Notes: generated from the letters alone by a model not told the origin. Positions 1-8,908 are shown, counted from the first letter of the stretch. The stretch is 33,363 nucleotides of DNA from Candidatus Thorarchaeota archaeon (GCA_048882045.1 JBHLRZ010000005.1:119273-152635); one strand, 5' to 3'. A program made the numbers and translations.

Positions 1-126
1 GTCCAAGTCATGATCTAGGTCATGATCCAAATCATGGTCCAAGTCATGATCTAGGTCATGATCCAAATCATGGTCCAAGTCATGATCTAGGTCATGATCC
101 AAATCATGGTCCAGGTCATGGTCCAC
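1..126. repeat. Tandem repeat with a 12-bp unit and a 36-bp higher-order period (3 identical 36-mers at 1-108), encoding HDLD on the minus strand
   Basis: GTCCAAGTCATG-ATCTAGGTCATG-ATCCAAATCATG x3, then degenerate copies; the units differ only at synonymous positions. Confidence 0.95.
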
Positions 127-258
127 ATCACCGAGATCTGAGATTGCTGCGAAAATTCTTCCCAGTGCAAACAATCCGAATGTGTAGAACAGTCCAGCAA
201 TCAGAATCCCAAACGAGATTTCTCTAAGCAACGTCGCAATAGCGAAAATGTCCTGCAT
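1..258 (-). CDS. Partial membrane protein with an N-terminal TM segment followed by an (HDLD)n repeat; NfeD/YqiJ(DUF1449)-like; runs off the window edge
   Basis: Not in the ORF track. Manual translation from ATG 258: MQDIFAIATLLREISFGILIAGLFYTFGLFALGRIFAAISDLGDVDHDLDHDLD..., open to position 1, with a GGAAGGAG RBS-like motif upstream. The family guess rests only on the TM + acidic/His linker layout. Confidence 0.7.
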   Translation of the reverse strand, partial: MQDIFAIATLLREISFGILIAGLFYTFGLFALGRIFAAISDLGDVDHDLDHDLDHDLDHDLDHDLDHDLDHDLDHDLDHDLDHDLD

Positions 259-350
259 CTTCTCTTGTCTGACTCCTTCCGAAATGTAACCCTCACCTTA
301 GGCTACTTGTGTAGCTATTCTCGTGAAGGCAAATAAACCTGAGCTCGTTA

Positions 351-2105
351 CTACATTTGTTCTGGATAGTTCGACCCTATCTGGACACCAATTTCACGAG
401 ATTGAGAAGGGGATGTATCAGATGATTCTTGGATTGCTTGCAATCTAAGTTTCTGCTTTGTCGTTTCAATCTGGAAGGCAACAGTTACGACTATGAACAA
501 AGCTATGTAGAACATTGACGGTTGTAAGGAGATATAATTGGGTGACAAGAAATCAACACCAACCATCAAAGAGATAGAGGCTATCAATACGCCACCAGAT
601 GCTACTATCAATTCTGACCCAATCTTTCGACGAGACTCTTTGAATTCGTACAGATTTCCGATAATTCTCAACACAAGTGCAATCATCAGTAGGAAGTGAA
701 ATGAAATGAGTCCAATTCCATACATCTGACCAATATAGAAACCTAGATCTCGTGCAATCAGCATCATATTATCCACGTAGACCGGTGTGAAAAGATATTG
801 GCTAAACATAATGAGTCCATACAAGAGGTAGACTGAAAGACCAAGATCGATGAAGGCTTCGATTCTCGATCTCTTCCCTATCACAGTGTTAACTTTTCTT
901 ATTGTTATCAGTGCAATACGGAGTAGGAAGTATACAAGCACAGGTATGAAGAAAAGAGGACCGAACCAAATCAACTGACTTAGCGAGGAATTTGAATGCA
1001 GGAGCCCTTGCATCCCCGATGAGAGCCAATTAGAATAAATAGGCCACACAGAGAAGGCAAGTGACCAACCAATGATTCTAGCAACTGTGGATTTCAAAGA
1101 CTCCTTGGCTTCATCAATCAATTTGTTGATGTCCTCTTGAGTTGGTGTGCTTTCAGTATCTTGTCTTATCCAATACAGATTTTGTCCTCTTGTCACTAGT
1201 TGGAAAAATAGGACTGCGCCCCATATAGCTGTGAACGGTTGGATCAGAGTCCAAAGATATAGATGAACAAAGATTCCTGTACGGACCCAGAGGATGGAAC
1301 TGTCAAGGATGAGGAGTGTACTAAAGACAGCTATCACATCCCAATCCTTCAATAATGTAGGATCTAAGGACCTCCTCCGTTTTATACCAATCCAACCCTT
1401 AGCTGTGAAGGCAACACATCCGGGTATGGCAATCAGAATCATGAACCATGGACTTGCATACGACAATGTCAATTGAAGAAAGATGAGGGCTCCAATAATT
1501 GAACCAAGTGTATCGAGTACGAATAGAAGTGTGGATGGGTGATGAATGAGATTCTCAGGAATTGTCAGTAGCCTTTGAATTGGTGACCACTCTGGATAAC
1601 TCCTTTTCCAAAGATGGATGCCCTCTCCCTTTCTCACTCGTATGATTACCATTAATCCTCCAAGTACAATCGTGAGTTGTATAATTAAGATTGTAGACGA
1701 ATCAGTGCTGATCCAGATAGGTCCAATTAGTGTCGAGCATAGACATATGAGAAATGCCCACAATGTGAGGATTCCTAAGGCTTGAAAGAATGTATCGGAG
1801 TATGAGATGGATTCACGAACTCTATCGGTGAACTCTTTTTCGGACTCTTTTTCTATGTCATCAGATGGATATTGGTCAGGAAGCATTGAATGCTTGTATT
1901 CATATGCAACCTCACTCGGAGCTCCAAACTTTGCTACGACTTTCTTTGCTGACTGATGAGTAATCTCACCATCTCCAAGTTCGGTTGCTGTTTCGATCAT
2001 ATAGCTTCTAAGTTCGTTTATGACATCCTCTGAGATTGATTCAGGCAAGTGTTCATTGACCAATGTCAAATACTCTTCAATTATAATCATTGGATCATTA
2101 GTCAT
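351..2105 (-). CDS. Polytopic membrane protein with an N-terminal HAAS/permease-prefix-like domain
   Basis: N-terminal IEEYL..V..HLP....DVINELRSY.IE......KFGAPSEVA.EY is the typical PadR-partner domain, followed by many TM segments. Start moved to ATG 2105, which overlaps the PadR stop (ATGA). Confidence 0.75.
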   Translation of the reverse strand: MTNDPMIIIEEYLTLVNEHLPESISEDVINELRSYMIETATELGDGEITHQSAKKVVAKFGAPSEVAYEYKHSMLPDQYPSDDIEKESEKEFTDRVRESISYSDTFFQALGILTLWAFLICLCSTLIGPIWISTDSSTILIIQLTIVLGGLMVIIRVRKGEGIHLWKRSYPEWSPIQRLLTIPENLIHHPSTLLFVLDTLGSIIGALIFLQLTLSYASPWFMILIAIPGCVAFTAKGWIGIKRRRSLDPTLLKDWDVIAVFSTLLILDSSILWVRTGIFVHLYLWTLIQPFTAIWGAVLFFQLVTRGQNLYWIRQDTESTPTQEDINKLIDEAKESLKSTVARIIGWSLAFSVWPIYSNWLSSGMQGLLHSNSSLSQLIWFGPLFFIPVLVYFLLRIALITIRKVNTVIGKRSRIEAFIDLGLSVYLLYGLIMFSQYLFTPVYVDNMMLIARDLGFYIGQMYGIGLISFHFLLMIALVLRIIGNLYEFKESRRKIGSELIVASGGVLIASISLMVGVDFLSPNYISLQPSMFYIALFIVVTVAFQIETTKQKLRLQAIQESSDTSPSQSREIGVQIGSNYPEQM

Positions 2106-2479
2106 TTCAGGCCTGCCTCCTCTGTCAGTTGCATTAGTTGGTTGTTCAAGCTTTGCCAACTTGTCACCATCCTCCGTAGAATTTTGCGTCCCTCTCTTGT
2201 AACATAGTATAGTCTTCTCCTCTTTCCTGATGTATCAGACCATCTTCCTTCAAGGATCCCTCTTTTCTCAAGTCGTCTTAGCAGTGGATATGTAGTACTG
2301 GGTTCGAGCTGAAGTGAATCAAATTCATCTTGCCCGAGCTTCTTCATGATGTCATAACCATAGGACTCACCATCAAGAATTATTGCGAGAATGGCAAGCG
2401 ATATTGCACCACGCCTAATCTCGGTTGACCAACGTTCGTATTCTATCTCAGGTCCTGATTTGCTATCAACATCGGTCAT
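2102..2479 (-). CDS. PadR family transcriptional regulator
   Basis: IRRGAISLAILAII..GESYGYDI...TTYPLLRRLEKRG.L...W....GKRRRLYYVT.EG; likely start ATG 2479 rather than 2551. Confidence 0.92.
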   Translation of the reverse strand: MTDVDSKSGPEIEYERWSTEIRRGAISLAILAIILDGESYGYDIMKKLGQDEFDSLQLEPSTTYPLLRRLEKRGILEGRWSDTSGKRRRLYYVTREGRKILRRMVTSWQSLNNQLMQLTEEAGLK

Positions 2480-2499
2480 TGGCTTGTGAACCCCAGAAT

Positions 2500-2539
2500 T
2501 ACTACGTAGTACGATATAGTATGTGACACGATATATATC
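2500..2539 (-). promoter_or_regulatory. Putative padR promoter (TATA-like 2530-2539) and palindromic operator (2500-2521)
   Basis: Perfect palindrome TACTACGTAGTA (2500-2511) inside an imperfect IR TACTAcgT-N6-AtaTAGTA; GATATATATC with a purine-rich BRE-like run upstream on the minus strand. Confidence 0.55.
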
Positions 2540-2606
2540 TTGTCTTTTCATGTCACCAAATGGCCCCAGATTCCTTAATATGGGCCGATGAGCTACGGCG
2601 CTTGAG

Positions 2607-3008
2607 GTGCTCGTACTGAGTATTATTGATCATATCACTACGCTATTGGATGAGGTCGAAATCAAGTATACACGTGAAGACAATGTCTTACGAATGCACT
2701 GGAAGACAGACCACTTTGAGGACCTAAAGATCAAGATAGTGACAAACAAGGATGAGTCATGGGCTTACATTGTCGCTCCATTCACGAACTTCTATGAGGT
2801 CGAAGAAAGCAAGAGAATGAAGCTAGCTTATGATATGCTAAAAGAGTCTTGGAAGGCTAATGGTGTTAAGTTTGCTATCGACGACGATGATGATATCATT
2901 GTCATTGCTGAAACCAATGACACAGACCTAACTGGTGATGAGATAAGGACACTAGTTGGCCATGTCGTGCATGCATGTGACACCCTCTGGGAAATCTATC
3001 CAGCATAG
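2607..3008 (+). CDS. YbjN / type III secretion chaperone (CesT)-like acidic protein
   Basis: About 130 aa, acidic, with the pattern ..L..ML..W...GVKFAIDDDDDIIV.AE.....LT..E...LV..V; exact start uncertain. Confidence 0.6.
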   Translation: MLVLSIIDHITTLLDEVEIKYTREDNVLRMHWKTDHFEDLKIKIVTNKDESWAYIVAPFTNFYEVEESKRMKLAYDMLKESWKANGVKFAIDDDDDIIVIAETNDTDLTGDEIRTLVGHVVHACDTLWEIYPA

Positions 3009-3089
3009 TCAATCTGGCCCCTATTGGTATCGGACTTGCATTTCATCTACGCGAATCTTCATAAGTTGGATACAGTTGTTGAACTTGTA

Positions 3090-3629
3090 ATGACCGATAA
3101 AAGCCCTGCAGCTTTCCCTCGAGAGAAGAAGGAACAGCTTGTGAACATCTTCTATCCGAAACGCGCTTCATTCATCTTCTTTTATGTATTCGGAGTTGTC
3201 GTGTTCATTGTTGGGCTCTTGTTCAATGTAGCATCCGCTGGTGAATTCATCATTTACAACTACATATCCTGGTATCTCGGACTTGCTGCGATGATCTTTG
3301 GAGTACTCCTTGTAATTTGGGCTGAAAGCAGACGATGGTTCACCCTATACATAATTACTACATGGAATGTACGAGTACGAAAAGGAATATTCTATAGAAA
3401 GACGGAGAGGGTATTCTATGACGAAATCACTGATGTGATCAGCTGTGGTCCCTCGGATGAGCGTCGCGTTGGAATGGGTGATGTTGAGATATTTTCTCAA
3501 GCTGTGGACGATAAACCCGTATTGGTTTTTGATGGAGTTCACAATCCTGATGGAATAAAGGAGATTATCAACAGATTTATCCAAACAACCCCTGATCCGG
3601 CACATTGGAGTCATCTGGACAGAACCTGA
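3090..3629 (+). CDS. Membrane protein with a bacterial PH domain (bPH_2, YdbS/YdbT-like)
   Basis: Two TM helices, then YIIT..NVRVRKGIF.R..ERV.YDEI.DV......R..GMGDVEI.....VL.FDGVHNP..IKE.I; likely start ATG 3090. Confidence 0.8.
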   Translation: MTDKSPAAFPREKKEQLVNIFYPKRASFIFFYVFGVVVFIVGLLFNVASAGEFIIYNYISWYLGLAAMIFGVLLVIWAESRRWFTLYIITTWNVRVRKGIFYRKTERVFYDEITDVISCGPSDERRVGMGDVEIFSQAVDDKPVLVFDGVHNPDGIKEIINRFIQTTPDPAHWSHLDRT

Positions 3630-3675
3630 AACGAGGGGGATGCTGAGGTCGTATGAACCCTGCACAGCAAGATGG

Positions 3676-6144
3676 CTAAGTGCTTCCTCTCTTCCTTTTC
3701 AACACAACCACTAATGCTAGAACCACCACAATTCCTCCGCCAATGATTAAGAGCATCAGTGGATCTAATCCTCCGACTAGTACATCAAATGATCCCTTGA
3801 CCTGGCTCCAGGTCCCAATAGCACTTTCCATGAAGATTGTGAAGTTTACGGTACCTACAACAGATGGCGTCCAGCTGTATGAATATCTGTCTCCACTTGC
3901 AATCATTGTGTGATTAGAACCATCGTATTCTACAAGTACCTGATTTATTCCAAGGAAGTATGTGACATTTGAGGCAATCTCTACTTCGCTGCCTAGAGGG
4001 ACCGGGGATGGTGTCACAACTGGTCCATCATATTCAGGAACTGAAGTCAAGACTTCGTACTTGAAGCTCAACTCACTCCAAGATGTCCAGATACCCGTGC
4101 TGTCACAAATCCGGATTCTGGAGTAATATCTGGTTCCATCTTCAAGTGGTAGACCTGAATACTCCACTTCGTTCTCTGACCGGACAAAATCTGCGTACAT
4201 ATTGTATGTAAATGTGTCATTTCCTGTTCGGAAATCTCCAAGGTAGTGACAGTACCATGCACGATAGCCTCCTTTGTCTCCTTCTTCAAGACAATACGCA
4301 CTTCCGCTTACCTTTGATGTCCACCTGATTTCTATCAGAAGATCCATCTCGTTGTTATAATAGAAGGAGTTGTCTACATCTATAACCATAACTGTGCCTA
4401 GATTGGGAACAGTGTAGATCGATTCATCTAGAACTTGGGTCGGTGTCACATCCCCATAGTTGACATTCCATGTCCCATTTGCTAATCTGCCTTGCACTGG
4501 AGTTTCGCAGAGATAGACCTCAAAGTTCTCATACGTGACGTCCGAACCTCCCAAGACAGTTCTGAAGTACAATTTATCGATATATCCAGATTTCTGGATT
4601 AATGAGTTGTTGTACTTCCAGACAACTCTGCCTGGTTCACCATCAGTTGTGGCAAAGGGGAACACATTGCCACTGGCTGATCCTGGTGAATTGTATAATT
4701 CAGTCGTAATCAACTCAATGTCGAAGCTGTGACATCGAGTGGCGAGATATCCTGCAGTTGTTGCTGTGTAGTCTCCTGCTCCGTAATCGTAAGCCACCCA
4801 CCCCACAGAGGAGGTCGGATCAAGCTCTGAATGTGCAAGTGTTCCAACTAGACCTGTGAAACGTAATTCGATGATTAGACTCATACCGCGGTTAAGAACA
4901 AACGTGTTCTCAACGTCTATTGTTAGAATGCTGTCGTGAATCACAGCTTCGTACGCTGCATCTGTCAAGACAGTTGTTGGGCCAACTCCCCCGAAGTTGT
5001 CATCAAAAACTCCTCCGAGTGGTCCAATCGTATCGACGTTTGCTATCCTCACAATAAGGTTCTCAAGGGTCAATTTTCCTTCGTCTTCTACAACATAGAA
5101 ATGAAGCTTATCAACAGTCCCAGTCCTATTGATTATTGTATAATCATACTTGAACTGGAATCTAACCTCATCTTCTGTTGCAAATGGTCTTGCGTTCTGA
5201 GAAGCGTTCGCATGGAAAACTGGCTGGATATATGTACTGGAATCACTCAACATCATTGAGTCATTGTATAGTTGATCGTTCCAAACCTCAAATTGATAGC
5301 CATTTTGAAAATCATTGGGATCCTGATCTTGGTGAGTCCATGATATGATTGGTGTTTCATCTTGAATGTAGTCAAGAAGCGGTCCTGAAGAGAGTCCATC
5401 CACTGCAAAGTCGGAAACACTAGGTGTGTAGTAACTCAGTTCCAGATAAGTTGCATTGAATTGCAAATACTCCTGTTTAGCAAAGCTCTTCCCTGTGTTA
5501 ACCAAAGCGTTCTCATTTACGTTCCTTAAGACCTCAGTAAGAATCTTGTCACCAGAAAGTGCTAATCTAACATCATCAGTTACATCCCAACTATACCAGT
5601 TGTTCTCAACAAACATGTCCGGGCTCTCTGGACTGTCAATAATATCCGTGGGAATGGTTGAGAACACAGGCTGATTGTTCCAAGTAATGAGGGTTTCATC
5701 CCATGTATCATCAGAGCAATAGTATACTCCAATAGCTGTATCATTTTCAGTGAATGCCCCTGTCAAATAGGAATGTAATCTTGCTGAAATGAAAGCTGTT
5801 TCCTTAGGAATATGGGTCAAATTAAATGATAAGTAAGATCTGGCCAATCCTACTGAAAGATCAATACCTACCCATAACCCGCCATAGTTTGTAATCCCAT
5901 GATGATTCGTATTAGGAGATGAATTCAGGACTTGTTCATTTTTCCAAACGGGGATGGTAATGCCCCCTCTATCCCCGTCTATAGCAACAGCACCTTCTCT
6001 CTGAATCAGCTCTGGTGCTCTCTCAAATTTTATGTCTACCTGAATAGCAGGTGTGAAGATTGACGCGCAGAAGAATACAATCAGCAAACCAGCAAACACT
6101 CTTCTCCATTTCTTCATGAACTTCCCTCCGAGGTCCTCGGCCAT
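3676..6144 (-). CDS. Secreted surface protein: DNRLRE-like domain, split Fn3/Ig domain with two inserted repeats, Ig domain, C-terminal TM anchor
   Basis: Signal peptide (KKWRR + hydrophobic stretch); ARSYLSFNL, W.E..ITWNNQP and WYSWDVT..V motifs; C-terminal TM + KRKR; many N-x-S/T sequons. Confidence 0.75.
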   Translation of the reverse strand: MAEDLGGKFMKKWRRVFAGLLIVFFCASIFTPAIQVDIKFERAPELIQREGAVAIDGDRGGITIPVWKNEQVLNSSPNTNHHGITNYGGLWVGIDLSVGLARSYLSFNLTHIPKETAFISARLHSYLTGAFTENDTAIGVYYCSDDTWDETLITWNNQPVFSTIPTDIIDSPESPDMFVENNWYSWDVTDDVRLALSGDKILTEVLRNVNENALVNTGKSFAKQEYLQFNATYLELSYYTPSVSDFAVDGLSSGPLLDYIQDETPIISWTHQDQDPNDFQNGYQFEVWNDQLYNDSMMLSDSSTYIQPVFHANASQNARPFATEDEVRFQFKYDYTIINRTGTVDKLHFYVVEDEGKLTLENLIVRIANVDTIGPLGGVFDDNFGGVGPTTVLTDAAYEAVIHDSILTIDVENTFVLNRGMSLIIELRFTGLVGTLAHSELDPTSSVGWVAYDYGAGDYTATTAGYLATRCHSFDIELITTELYNSPGSASGNVFPFATTDGEPGRVVWKYNNSLIQKSGYIDKLYFRTVLGGSDVTYENFEVYLCETPVQGRLANGTWNVNYGDVTPTQVLDESIYTVPNLGTVMVIDVDNSFYYNNEMDLLIEIRWTSKVSGSAYCLEEGDKGGYRAWYCHYLGDFRTGNDTFTYNMYADFVRSENEVEYSGLPLEDGTRYYSRIRICDSTGIWTSWSELSFKYEVLTSVPEYDGPVVTPSPVPLGSEVEIASNVTYFLGINQVLVEYDGSNHTMIASGDRYSYSWTPSVVGTVNFTIFMESAIGTWSQVKGSFDVLVGGLDPLMLLIIGGGIVVVLALVVVLKRKRGST

Positions 6145-6291
6145 CTCTGGACATCATTTCCAAGAAGATGCTCAGTCGAGTCGGATATATGGCAAAACAA
6201 TAGACTTACGACTTATTTCTGTTGTGAGTCTGCAAGTACAGGCCACAAAAATCATTAGCACAAAAGAAATCAAGGTTTGATACACTGAGGA

Positions 6292-7032
6292 ATGTGGGAT
6301 GGTTCAAAGGTGACACGATTCACCATACGGTATGTAGCGTCAGATGGCGAAAAATACCAAGTTGAGAAAGATGACTATTACACTGAGATAGATCTGTCTG
6401 ATTCTGGCATCAAGTCGGTCAGTCTCGAACCTCTAGGTCACTGTGATAATCTTGAGAAGCTGAATCTCGACACAAATCTATTGACTGAGATTGATCTAAC
6501 TCCATTGTCTCTTTGCAGTGGTCTAAAATTGCTTAGTATCACCTCGAATGAGTTGTCTGAAATTGATCTTAGTCCACTTTCAAAATGCTACTCTCTCCAA
6601 GCACTCGAACTATCCGACAACATGTTGTATGAGATTGACCTTGAGCCACTACGAACATGTCCTGAATTGAGATGGCTCTATATTTCTGACAATCGCCTTA
6701 AAGAGATAGATCTCTCTCCATTGCAAAGCAATCATAATCTTCAGTATCTGGTTCTTTCGGGGAATATGATTTCTCAGGTAGACCTGTCACCGTTAGAGAG
6801 AGCAGAGGATCTTCGATACCTCCATCTAAATGAGAACGCAATAGATACACTTGACATATCGGTCCTATTTCATTTCGAATCCCTTGAATCTCTCACTATT
6901 GATGATAGGACACTACTCTTGGCTGATCACAAGCTCAAACATCTACCCTACTTTCCTAATCCAATCAATGATATGCTTGATAATATTGAATGGATTCACG
7001 AACCTTTGAGTCAAAAAGTTGAGAATGATTGA
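6292..7032 (+). CDS. Leucine-rich repeat protein (about 7-8 repeats of 24 aa)
   Basis: Repeated LxxLxLxxNxLxEIDLxPLxxCxx; no signal peptide. Confidence 0.93.
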   Translation: MWDGSKVTRFTIRYVASDGEKYQVEKDDYYTEIDLSDSGIKSVSLEPLGHCDNLEKLNLDTNLLTEIDLTPLSLCSGLKLLSITSNELSEIDLSPLSKCYSLQALELSDNMLYEIDLEPLRTCPELRWLYISDNRLKEIDLSPLQSNHNLQYLVLSGNMISQVDLSPLERAEDLRYLHLNENAIDTLDISVLFHFESLESLTIDDRTLLLADHKLKHLPYFPNPINDMLDNIEWIHEPLSQKVEND

Positions 7033-7113
7033 TACTCCGCCCCATTCCTAGTTATTCCAGTGTATCATCTCGGTGACACTAGCTCTAATCTTGAGTAATA
7101 GGTATAACTACTT

Positions 7114-7770
7114 GTGGACTCGATGACGACCATTGAAGATAACGCTGCAAGGATGACTCTACGTATCGCTGGAGTGTTTCAGGAAATTCGTGATATCTGG
7201 GCCAGGAGACTGGACTCTTACTACTCCCAGATGGAGTCATTAGTGGATGGACAGTGGTTGGAAGCTGCCGACATCTTAGGCATTATCAGGGAAGCAAGGT
7301 TGGCGTCGAGGGAGGCTCTAGATGGACTTGGGAACGACCTTAGTTCCGAGCTTGTTCACACATCCAATGGTGTAGTCGCACGATATGAGGCCATGAGGTC
7401 TTCACTGCTAGAAGAAATCGCAGACTTGAGGAATGAAATCAGTAACCTCTCCTCTGGAGATGAGAATGCAATCCGGAGGGAGAATATTGCTCTCCGTGAC
7501 GCCTTGCTGGCTGTGCCAGAGTTCGACCTTCTCCAGATTATTCAAAGAAACAGGAGGATGACCTATGACCAACTCTGTGAAGAGAGTGGTCAGAAGAAAT
7601 CCGCAGTTCGTAAACAGGCCAAGGAGCTGATGAAGAGAGGTCACATAAATATTGACAAGAAGTCCAGACCCCATGCCATCGTGTATCTGTCAGCTCCGTG
7701 GAGTCAAAGAGGTCTCGACCAACAGGTTCTGGAACCGCCTCCACCTGAGCTGCATTTACCCACACTTTGA
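7114..7770 (+). CDS. Hypothetical protein: helical/coiled-coil N-terminus, C-terminal winged helix, Pro-rich tail
   Basis: FDLLQIIQRNRRMTYDQLCEESGQKKSAVRKQAKELMKRGHI is wHTH-like; heptad pattern upstream; start may be ATG 7123. Confidence 0.6.
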   Translation: MDSMTTIEDNAARMTLRIAGVFQEIRDIWARRLDSYYSQMESLVDGQWLEAADILGIIREARLASREALDGLGNDLSSELVHTSNGVVARYEAMRSSLLEEIADLRNEISNLSSGDENAIRRENIALRDALLAVPEFDLLQIIQRNRRMTYDQLCEESGQKKSAVRKQAKELMKRGHINIDKKSRPHAIVYLSAPWSQRGLDQQVLEPPPPELHLPTL

Positions 7771-7803
7771 ATCTGTGATTTCGAATCTTCGAATAGCACC
7801 ACT

Positions 7804-8784
7804 CTATATGTCTGACTCCTCCATGGAATCAGATAGGCTCTCCATCTCAGACATCATTTGAGAGTCCAAAGGCTGGAGTGTTCCAACATGCTGAAGTTGA
7901 ACTTCACTAGCACCGAATTTCTTCGCAATCTTCTGAACTATTGGACTAGTCCATCTGACGATTAGCTCATTCAATACTATTGTGGGTAGGATGAAAGCTA
8001 TGACTATCAATGGTAGTCCTATTGTCCAACCCAGACTAATTAAGATCTGTCCTGGATTTGGATCTACACCATAAATAACAAACTTCTGGAAGAAGTATCG
8101 ATTGAACATTGTAATTGGAAATGCTAGTATTCCAAATCCGCCAATTAGGTTTGAATACCAACGTCCAATTCCTTCTGTATCAGGACATCTCCTTAACTCG
8201 AGGTGCTTTTGTTTTACATGAGAAACAATTCCTGCATCGTTTAGGATCCAAGTAGAGCCAAAGAGGCCTATGCTGATTGTAAGGGCGGCAAGTGCACCGA
8301 ACGTTGTGAGAAGTGGATGTAGTGATGGTACGATCTGTCGAAACTCCGTTGCTGATACTTCGGGAACTGCAAAGAGAAGTCCTTGAAGCAAACTGATGAC
8401 CAGTTCTCCAAGTGATAAGGCAAACAAGGAAGGGACTACTGCTCTCTTCATTATCCTGATCCAATCAAATCCTTGACCTATACGCATCACATCAATGTCA
8501 TAGGTGGTAATTCGAAACACCTTCGCAATTAGTAGCATGAAGAATGCAATTGGTAGAGAGAGGATCAGAAACTCAAATAGAAACACTGGAATGAGGACTA
8601 TAAGTAAGAAGTTAGCATCAAAGGTCACTGTCCCAGCAACAGCATCTACAAGACTATAATTATCCGCTACCTCTAGTATTCCTAAAGAGAGGGATTGGGT
8701 AACACTAAATGTGACAATAATCCCAATAGCTGAGAAGACTCCTGGTATTATGAATCTCTTATAGTCATCTTTCATCTCTAGCAC
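7804..8784 (-). CDS. Hypothetical integral membrane protein (about 6-7 TM)
   Basis: Long ORF with multiple hydrophobic segments; no family recognised. Confidence 0.7.
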   Translation of the reverse strand: MLEMKDDYKRFIIPGVFSAIGIIVTFSVTQSLSLGILEVADNYSLVDAVAGTVTFDANFLLIVLIPVFLFEFLILSLPIAFFMLLIAKVFRITTYDIDVMRIGQGFDWIRIMKRAVVPSLFALSLGELVISLLQGLLFAVPEVSATEFRQIVPSLHPLLTTFGALAALTISIGLFGSTWILNDAGIVSHVKQKHLELRRCPDTEGIGRWYSNLIGGFGILAFPITMFNRYFFQKFVIYGVDPNPGQILISLGWTIGLPLIVIAFILPTIVLNELIVRWTSPIVQKIAKKFGASEVQLQHVGTLQPLDSQMMSEMESLSDSMEESDI

Positions 8785-8847
8785 AAATGGTTACTCAGTC
8801 ACTGCGTTTCTAAGCATATCGGTGGCATACTCTTGTCCTGCCCAACC

Positions 8848-8908
8848 TTTATATGTAGACATCTACTTAGCTATATGTAGAGCTCTACATATGTAGGTGT
8901 CGACATAT
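8848..8908 (+). promoter_or_regulatory. padR promoter with three PadR-type operator boxes (ATGT-N8-ACAT)
   Basis: TTTATATG at 8848-8855; box 1 ATGTAGACATCTACTT (8853-8868, one mismatch); perfect 20-bp palindrome ATATGTAGAGCTCTACATAT (8873-8892); box 3 ATGTAGGTGTCGACAT (8891-8906) abutting the ATG. Confidence 0.8.

Noticed and set aside
1-126. 36-bp repeats as a CRISPR array
   Set aside because: The repeats are contiguous with no spacers, have an internal 12-bp period and vary only synonymously in an open frame; no cas genes are present.
2106-2159. 5' extension of the 602-aa ORF
   Set aside because: It overlaps padR; the ATGA-coupled start at 2105 is more plausible.
2480-2551. 5' extension of PadR
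   Set aside because: It covers the TATA-like box and palindrome and is not PadR-like.
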